IMG/VR virus record: IMGVR_UViG_3300048919_000048
Coordinates: 87,944 to 151,943 of that record
Source of the DNA: a virus
Strand: one strand, 5' to 3'
Length of the DNA: 64,000 bases
Shown: positions 58,226 to 64,000 of the stretch, in pieces
How the letters are laid out: each line of letters begins with the position of its first letter
Numbering within the stretch: position 1 is the first letter of the stretch
Notes under the pieces: model-generated
What the model was told of the DNA's origin: nothing
The model's database searches: none
Seen by the model: only the letters and a program-made list of their open reading frames with translations
Position numbers and translations under genes: made by a program

Positions 58226-58700
58226 GGTGTTTGGACAAGGTTCCCGCTGGATCGGCTGGAACCATTGGCTAACTCATCAGCTTGTTTTCAAATATATTTG
58301 GAACAAGGTTGAGCAAGGAACGATCCTTGGTAGCCGGGCATCCTTTTACCTCAGAACCAGGACGGAGTCTAACTGGGCCACCAAAGATATGATAAAAGTC
58401 AATATCGACAACCAAACTGGAGACCTGTCAAGTGTCGAGATCCCCGGTGGGGACGGAAAATCACGGCTAACGGTAATGGCAAACTGCTCTGTATGGTTAG
58501 ACTCTGACGGGGTATCGGTAACCCTATCGGAGATGTTCGAGGACCCATGGCGACCAACGTTCGAAGAGTTGGATCTTTTCCAAGTTTTGTACGGCGATGA
58601 GCAGATCCTTATTGATATCAACCGTGAATTTTTCGGAATCACCAGGAAGTTTGATAAGGCGGTTGGGAATATGACGATCAGCACGTTCTACCCTAAATAA
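58194..58700 (+). CDS. Hypothetical, divergent YPEE-family motif
   Basis: EMFED...EELDLFQVLYG. Confidence 0.55.
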   Translation: MRKSQEEITREVFGQGSRWIGWNHWLTHQLVFKYIWNKVEQGTILGSRASFYLRTRTESNWATKDMIKVNIDNQTGDLSSVEIPGGDGKSRLTVMANCSVWLDSDGVSVTLSEMFEDPWRPTFEELDLFQVLYGDEQILIDINREFFGITRKFDKAVGNMTISTFYPK

Positions 58701-58710
58701 TTGGAGGTTT

Positions 58711-59182
58711 GATGAGCGAAATCAAAGATGTAATAGAGAGGTTGGCTAAAGACTGGAGTTGGGACTCGGTGATTAATCACCCTACCCGCCGCCATATCAT
58801 TACCACACTGGAGGGAAAACTCCGGGGATTGGGCATTGAGGTCCCTACCGGGCCGAATACCCACCGTGAGTTCACCATGCGTCACGAAAAGAAAAATGGG
58901 GACCTCCGCCTGTGGACCAAGAGCATGAGTGGACTGCTCCAGTGGAGAACCGACCCAGAGAAGGGTGATCGCCTTGTGTATCACCCATTTGGACGTGGCG
59001 GCACAGAGCGCCTGAAGATCGAGGAGATCTTCATGGACACCCACGATGTGGATGAGGGAGAAGTGGCCCTGTTCGAGATGCTGTACTCAGATCTTTCACC
59101 GATGGTGCCATTGTTTGCGGGCGCTCTCGACGAAGCTGACCGTTTATTGAAGGAGAAATATGGTGATCCAAAAGCAAATTGA
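58711..59182 (+). CDS. Hypothetical, divergent YPEE-family motif
   Basis: EIFMD...EVALFEMLYS; GGAGG RBS; ORF track frame 58709..59182. Confidence 0.55.
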
Positions 59183-59576
59183 GTCTATGCAGAGGGCCGA
59201 GCAAATTCGGGCGCAACTTATGGCAAATATGTTTAGTGCAGACAGTGGCGTAATGGGGGTTAATGGTATGATGGGACCGGGGCCGGGACCTCAAGGTCCG
59301 AGGGGAGAACCAGGGACTCCGGGTATTGAAAGGGAAAAATACATCCTTCGCTATGCTGGCCTGCCCTTCGAAATCTGGCTGAAGCCTGGTACTTTTGCCA
59401 TGATCGAAGACGCGACCGAGGTTAACGGCGATGACCTTGAATTCATCAAGATGATGGATAAGGATGAATGGGAGAAGATCCGCGAGACGTGGTGTTTAGA
59501 ATGGCATAAGCGCCGGGGGCACCGGGCTTTTGAGGCGGGCCTCTACGAAGAGTTTGAAGCAGGGGTGGTATTATGA
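59160..59576 (+). CDS. Short collagen + YPEE-family protein
   Basis: GPQGPRGEPGTPG then LRYAGLPFEI...DLEFIKMMDKDEWEKIRETW. Confidence 0.65.
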   Translation: MVIQKQIESMQRAEQIRAQLMANMFSADSGVMGVNGMMGPGPGPQGPRGEPGTPGIEREKYILRYAGLPFEIWLKPGTFAMIEDATEVNGDDLEFIKMMDKDEWEKIRETWCLEWHKRRGHRAFEAGLYEEFEAGVVL

Positions 59577-60019
59577 CAGAAAAGACATACCAGCAGGTTT
59601 TTAGCAGCAGCAACCTGTATGACTCTGGAACAGGATCGGGTCAGATAGACCCCTCTTGGCTGACTGGTCCGTCTATGAACACTGATTTCTCCCGCTGGGA
59701 GGAGGCCAAAAGGGAACTCCAGCGCAAGAGATTGGCGGATATCCTCAACAGCAACCCACCTTGGAAAGGTGCGGGCATGATCGCCGAGACTGATGACAAG
59801 CCAAAGTCACGTACCCGGACATTGAAGTTCAAAGATGTCACTTTTGTGGTGAGTCTTTTCGACGCAACCATGGAATTTTTCGAGGACGAAAGGATGATAA
59901 CTCAAGATGAGTTACGCCTTGTGCGGGTAACTTACCCCGAGGAGTACGAGAAGATAAGGAAGTCTTGGACTCATGCATGGAGAGAACTAAAAGCGATCGA
60001 AGCTTTCGAAAGTGATTGA
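59573..60019 (+). CDS. YPEE-family protein
   Basis: LKFKDVTFVV...ELRLVRVTYPEEYEKIRKSW. Confidence 0.65.
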   Translation: MTEKTYQQVFSSSNLYDSGTGSGQIDPSWLTGPSMNTDFSRWEEAKRELQRKRLADILNSNPPWKGAGMIAETDDKPKSRTRTLKFKDVTFVVSLFDATMEFFEDERMITQDELRLVRVTYPEEYEKIRKSWTHAWRELKAIEAFESD

Positions 60020-60072
60020 CATCCACATCTGGTCCTGTATGATGGACCCATCAAACAACGAGGAGAGTAAAA

Positions 60073-60246
60073 ATGAGTAAAGTTACCATCGGCGAGAAAG
60101 CAGTGATTATCGGCACGTTATCCTTGATCGGGGGCTGTGTCGCTGTACTGGCGGACAAAGGCACCACAGGTGCGGCGATTATCGGTGTAATCTCCGGCAT
60201 TATCGGTGCGGGTGTGATTGGACTGTTGCACAAGGTGCGTAGCTGA
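60073..60246 (+). CDS. Small two-TM membrane protein
   Basis: MSKVTIGEKAVIIGTLSLIGG...; AGGAG RBS; after promoter at 60016. Confidence 0.6.
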   Translation: MSKVTIGEKAVIIGTLSLIGGCVAVLADKGTTGAAIIGVISGIIGAGVIGLLHKVRS

Positions 60247-60545
60247 TGGGAAAATACACAAGATACTCTTCGCTTTTGGTTCATGCGATGTCTCCTGAAC
60301 TCCGAGAAAAATTCTTTTTGGATGGCGAGCAGGATACCGACGCCGGGTGGGATCTTTTCGAGACCTTGTACCCAGAGGAGGCAGATATTCTCATGGAGGT
60401 TCTGCAACCAAAACTGGATGAAATCATAAAAGACTTACAGTTCCGCCGGGATTACAATACACTTCTTGGCGAAGGTAAACAAACAGAGGCCACCCGGTTG
60501 CTAATCTGCCACCGGGCAGACAAACTTAACTGGGATAAGGACTAA
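60246..60545 (+). CDS. YPEE-family protein (short)
   Basis: KFFLD...WDLFETLYPEEA. Confidence 0.55.
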   Translation: MGKYTRYSSLLVHAMSPELREKFFLDGEQDTDAGWDLFETLYPEEADILMEVLQPKLDEIIKDLQFRRDYNTLLGEGKQTEATRLLICHRADKLNWDKD

Positions 60546-61160
60546 ATCATGCTTCAAATGAACAAAGAGGTTACTATCGAGGCACTGACGGATGCGGCGG
60601 GATACACCCCGGGCCGGATGTTACTGGTATTTGCAAACAGTCACCATCATGCCGTCGGCGGATGGAAAGATTTCTTAGGTGTGGCTCTCTCCGTGGATAG
60701 CGCCAAGGAATTGATCCACAATTCAGGGATCACCTACGGTGATTACCAAGTTGTTGACTACAAAAGCCTTTCTGTAGTGGCAGAAGGCTCTTTTGGGAGC
60801 TTAAACTGATGCGGTCACGTTTCGGAAGTGTTGTATACATGGCAGTTGTTGGCGGACAAGCCTCCAACTGCGGTTTTGCCCGGAACTGTAAGAGCATGAT
60901 CCTGACCGCCTTTCCGGGTATGCCCCGGGAAGTTTTTGACCGGGAAGACATCAAAAAGATGATGTTTGAGGTTGACAACGTGTCGGGCGCTCTGTATGTT
61001 ATTGAGCCAGTGGAGGGTAATCCTCTTATCATGAACTCAACCCTTGAGGGTTTGCAGAAGGAGTATGACGAATGGTTGGACCGTACATCGTAGCTGCGCT
61101 GTTCTCTGTCATCTGGATCGGGTGCTGCATTTGGATCGGACTTATGCTGGGGAAACGCCG

Positions 61161-61367
61161 ATGAAAAAGGTGCTGATTTTACTGGGACTGTTGGCCTTCG
61201 GGGCCAGTGCCGAGGAAGAGGTGAAGAATTGTACCATCCATGACCATGGCGGCGGGGCGACGATCATCGCCTGCCCGGACTACGTCATCACAAAGACTTC
61301 CGAAAAGACGATGATTTGTCGTCTAATGCAAGGCAGTCCCAATGCCAGTTGCACACAGGTTCCTTAA
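61161..61367 (+). CDS. Small exported Cys-containing protein
   Basis: Signal peptide MKKVLILLGLLAFGASA; four Cys. Confidence 0.6.
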   Translation: MKKVLILLGLLAFGASAEEEVKNCTIHDHGGGATIIACPDYVITKTSEKTMICRLMQGSPNASCTQVP

Positions 61368-61502
61368 AACGCTCTACAACGCGTTCTGAGAGCTTTTAAG
61401 ACGAGGCAAGGTGATTTATCATCTTCTCCCAGAAAACCTCTCAGAAACGCGCTGGTGAATCCTGACGGGCATTCCCGTCTCAAACTTTATCGGAGAACTC
61501 AA

Positions 61503-61835
61503 ATGAAAGTACAAGGTGCCCTTTGGAAGCAATTTTATAACGACGAAGAATACTGGAAAGGTTATTATCACGATGACACCGTTGTGACATTTGATGGTGT
61601 TGAGCAGGAAGATTATGACAACCCGTCTGACGACGCTGTTGTTAACATCGAATCTGGCTATGTGTACAAGGAAGGTGATGAGTACCACTCCCGGGATGTG
61701 ACACTGGTAACGTTCTTCCGTCGATGGAAGAAGATTCAAACCACAACCGTGATCGTAGTTACCGTGGACAAGGACTACGCCGAATCTGTCCGCGACGAGA
61801 TTGATCGTCTCGATGGCGTCAAGGCGGTGAAATAA
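61503..61835 (+). CDS. Hypothetical protein
   Basis: GGAG RBS; acidic/aromatic. Confidence 0.6.
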   Translation: MKVQGALWKQFYNDEEYWKGYYHDDTVVTFDGVEQEDYDNPSDDAVVNIESGYVYKEGDEYHSRDVTLVTFFRRWKKIQTTTVIVVTVDKDYAESVRDEIDRLDGVKAVK

Positions 61836-62027
61836 TGGCAACATTGATGGCAATATTTATGTGGGTGTTCGGGGTAATATTCCCGGTCGTAGGCCTGGTA
61901 TATGTCCTGTACTGGTGCATGGAAATGGCAAGCCATGTGATCAAAGGTCTGCTGGGCCTGTTCGCATACTTACTTGTGGGCCTGCCAATCTACTACACGG
62001 TGATGTTTTTCATCGGGAAGATTATCT

Positions 62028-62534
62028 TTGGCTAAGTTCGATCTTTGTGAGGGATTAGAGGATCTTCTTCGTCGGGCCGGGTATAAAGTGCCCGCCGGGG
62101 AGATATTTTCTTACATCCGCACTATAGCAGCGGCGGAAATTTGCAACACACCCGGGCCACCAGGGCCACCTGGACCTATGGGTCCGGTAGGCGCACCAGG
62201 GGAACCCGGACCTGCTGGTCAGGATGCGTGGGACAAGTACCGATGGGATTCCAAGACGGAGACCATGTTCACATCCAGTTGGAAGGGGATTGAGTTTACA
62301 TTTCCCCTGCCGACTTGTTTTGTTGAAGGATTCCCCGAGGGTGAACTAAGCTACGGGGATATAAACTACATCCGCACCATCTATGGCAATATGGTGGTGG
62401 AAACCATGGCAGTCTTCTGGCGCAGAGCCTACGATTACCATACGGATATGCAACTTTTCATCAACGAGGAGGACTCATGTCGTTTGCAGAGTATCAACCA
62501 ATCAAATTCGTTTCCGGACCCTTTGAAGGACTGA
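62028..62534 (+). CDS. Collagen + divergent YPEE-family protein
   Basis: PGPPGPPGPMGPVGAPGEPGPAGQD; SWKGIEFTF...DINYIRTIYG. Confidence 0.6.
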   Translation: MAKFDLCEGLEDLLRRAGYKVPAGEIFSYIRTIAAAEICNTPGPPGPPGPMGPVGAPGEPGPAGQDAWDKYRWDSKTETMFTSSWKGIEFTFPLPTCFVEGFPEGELSYGDINYIRTIYGNMVVETMAVFWRRAYDYHTDMQLFINEEDSCRLQSINQSNSFPDPLKD

Positions 62535-62647
62535 CCGGGAAAACACTTTCTGCCGTTCCAGATACGGAGAACTGGTACGTGGAAGTTAAAATCGGCCTGA
62601 ACCCGGTGATTCAAGAGGTCCCGGAGTCAGACATCGCCCCTCTGTAA
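62477..62647 (+). CDS. Stand-alone KOW (NusG-CTD-like) protein, 56 aa
   Basis: MSFAEYQPIKFVSGPFEGLTGKTL...YVEVKIG...EVPESDI; GAGGAGG RBS. Confidence 0.6.
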   Translation: MSFAEYQPIKFVSGPFEGLTGKTLSAVPDTENWYVEVKIGLNPVIQEVPESDIAPL

Positions 62648-62698
62648 GGTGAATTTCACAGGGATGTGTGATAAAATTACCTTTTAAAAGGAGGATCT

Positions 62699-63859
62699 AT
62701 GTTCGAAATGATGACTGCTATGGGGAAGCCACCACTCCCGGCGGGAAACATAAAAAAGTTCAGTACAGGCGCAAATGCCATTGTGGCCCTTTCAAAGAGC
62801 GGTAATCTGTACTCCATCGGGGACTCGTGGTTCAGTGGAACTGGCGGAACTACAACCGTTTGGACCCTGGTGGGATCGGGTGTTGAAGAATTTTGGACCG
62901 GATACCGACAACTTCTCGTTAAGATGGTTGATGGACGATGGATGTTCATGGGGTCTAACCGCCAATTCCCGCTTACCATTGGGACAAGTCCCACAACCCT
63001 GCAAGATGTAACTGCCTATATGCAATACACGGCGGGGCTTAGCATTAAGCAGGTTGTTGTCGGGAACTATTCCCTGGCAGTTGTGTTCACCAATGGTCAG
63101 TATGCCATGTGTGGTGCCAATTCCAACGGTGGCCTGGGGCTTGGTAACCAGACGGCTGTCCGTGGCCTGACAATGAGAACAGACTTCACTAACGTCAAGA
63201 AAATTGATTTTGAGTGGGCACTTCCTGATACGTCATACATGCTACTGAATGACGGAAGGGTGTTTGCAGCAGGGGATTCTTCAACAGGCTGCGCCGGAGT
63301 GGCAAGCGGGAACGTCTTGACATGGACCCAACAGGCTGTCGCTGTTTCTGGGTCACCTTGCATCGACATCGTTGCCGGGGCTAGCGGATGGTTTCGTGTC
63401 GTAGAGACACCGTCAGACTATAGGATATTTGGGCAGGGTCGCCAGTTCGATGGTTCCTTGGGGACCGGACAAACAAGTTCGACAAACATGACAACCCCGA
63501 CGTTGTCATACACTGTCACAAGTAAGTCTGGAGGTCCACCTGTTGTTCAGGTCGGGTTGTATTGTGCAAGGTTTATTCACCCGGTGACTCTCAAAGAGAT
63601 GTACACAGGGACCAACTCTAACTCTCAGCAGGGCGGGGGGTTGGCTTGGGCTTCTCCTGTCAGGTATTCCTTTACAGAGATGCCTGTAACACCTGTGGTT
63701 GGTGATTTCACGAACATGCGGGCAAATTATTCTGGGGCCTACAAGGTCAGTAACAACATCCTGTATGGGGTTGGTGTGAATACCGCTTCCGGCTATCTCC
63801 CGGGGCTTGGTACAAGGGTCTATGAGTTCACGCCTTTAGATACGACACTTATCAATTAA
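62699..63859 (+). CDS. RCC1/BLIP-II-like beta-propeller protein
   Basis: Repeats GNLYSIG, GQYAMCGANSNGGLGLG, GRVFAAGDSSTGCAG, IFGQGRQFDGSLGTG; own promoter and terminator. Confidence 0.7.
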   Translation: MFEMMTAMGKPPLPAGNIKKFSTGANAIVALSKSGNLYSIGDSWFSGTGGTTTVWTLVGSGVEEFWTGYRQLLVKMVDGRWMFMGSNRQFPLTIGTSPTTLQDVTAYMQYTAGLSIKQVVVGNYSLAVVFTNGQYAMCGANSNGGLGLGNQTAVRGLTMRTDFTNVKKIDFEWALPDTSYMLLNDGRVFAAGDSSTGCAGVASGNVLTWTQQAVAVSGSPCIDIVAGASGWFRVVETPSDYRIFGQGRQFDGSLGTGQTSSTNMTTPTLSYTVTSKSGGPPVVQVGLYCARFIHPVTLKEMYTGTNSNSQQGGGLAWASPVRYSFTEMPVTPVVGDFTNMRANYSGAYKVSNNILYGVGVNTASGYLPGLGTRVYEFTPLDTTLIN

Positions 63860-63883
63860 CCGCCTTCGGGCGGTTTTTTTTTT
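63858..63883 (+). terminator. Rho-independent terminator
   Basis: AACCGCC-ttcg-GGCGGTT + long T tract. Confidence 0.9.
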
Positions 63884-64000
63884 ATTGCTTGCAATCCGTA
63901 AACAGTCGTGTATACTGGTCATGTTGGTTATCCCTTTTAGGGGATAAGTTATTGATTACCCTCTGAAGGGGATACAGGAGGTCTATGTCTAACGGTAATA

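Noticed and set aside
61409-61430. AGGTGATTT resembling the start of a ToxI repeat (phiTE-style pseudo-ToxI)
   Set aside because: Single copy, lacks the downstream pseudoknot segment, and is explained as the apex of a longer hairpin.

Overview
A 64-kb segment of a lytic myovirus of enterobacteria, most consistent with the rV5-like Vequintavirinae (PVP-SE1/Mydo-type gene order; inferred from synteny, no database search run). Minus strand, 1-23.4 kb: head-completion genes, three head-fibre/collagen genes, capsid-decoration-scaffold-protease-portal-terminase, spanins, an array of 20 tRNAs interleaved with at least six structured non-tRNA RNAs (two ending in CCA), small accessory ORFs and a Prs-like + NAMPT-like pair (NARP1-type NAD+ reconstitution). 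An AT-rich hairpin array at 23.4-23.75 kb, next to a winged-helix gene, marks the strand switch (putative origin). Plus strand, 23.75-64 kb: DNA/nucleotide metabolism (ligase, exonucleases, RuvC-like, EndoVII, dNMP kinase, ThyX, NrdAB, glutaredoxin), endolysin, PhoH, ClpP-like, MTase, CCA enzyme, a Pol-beta NTase/MazG-like/minimal SerRS-like operon, and an accessory island. Most notable unexplained signals: (1) a paralogous family at 57.3-62.5 kb that fuses modules resembling the phage's own collagen fibre to a shared 'YPEE' domain; (2) a loop-deleted tail-tube look-alike among non-structural genes; (3) a 197-aa SerRS-like core beside a MazG-like gene; (4) tRNA-like and pseudoknotted ncRNAs; (5) micro-ORFs missed by the ORF track (a tandem peptide pair and a stand-alone NusG-KOW-like protein). 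Functional calls rest on motif recognition by eye.
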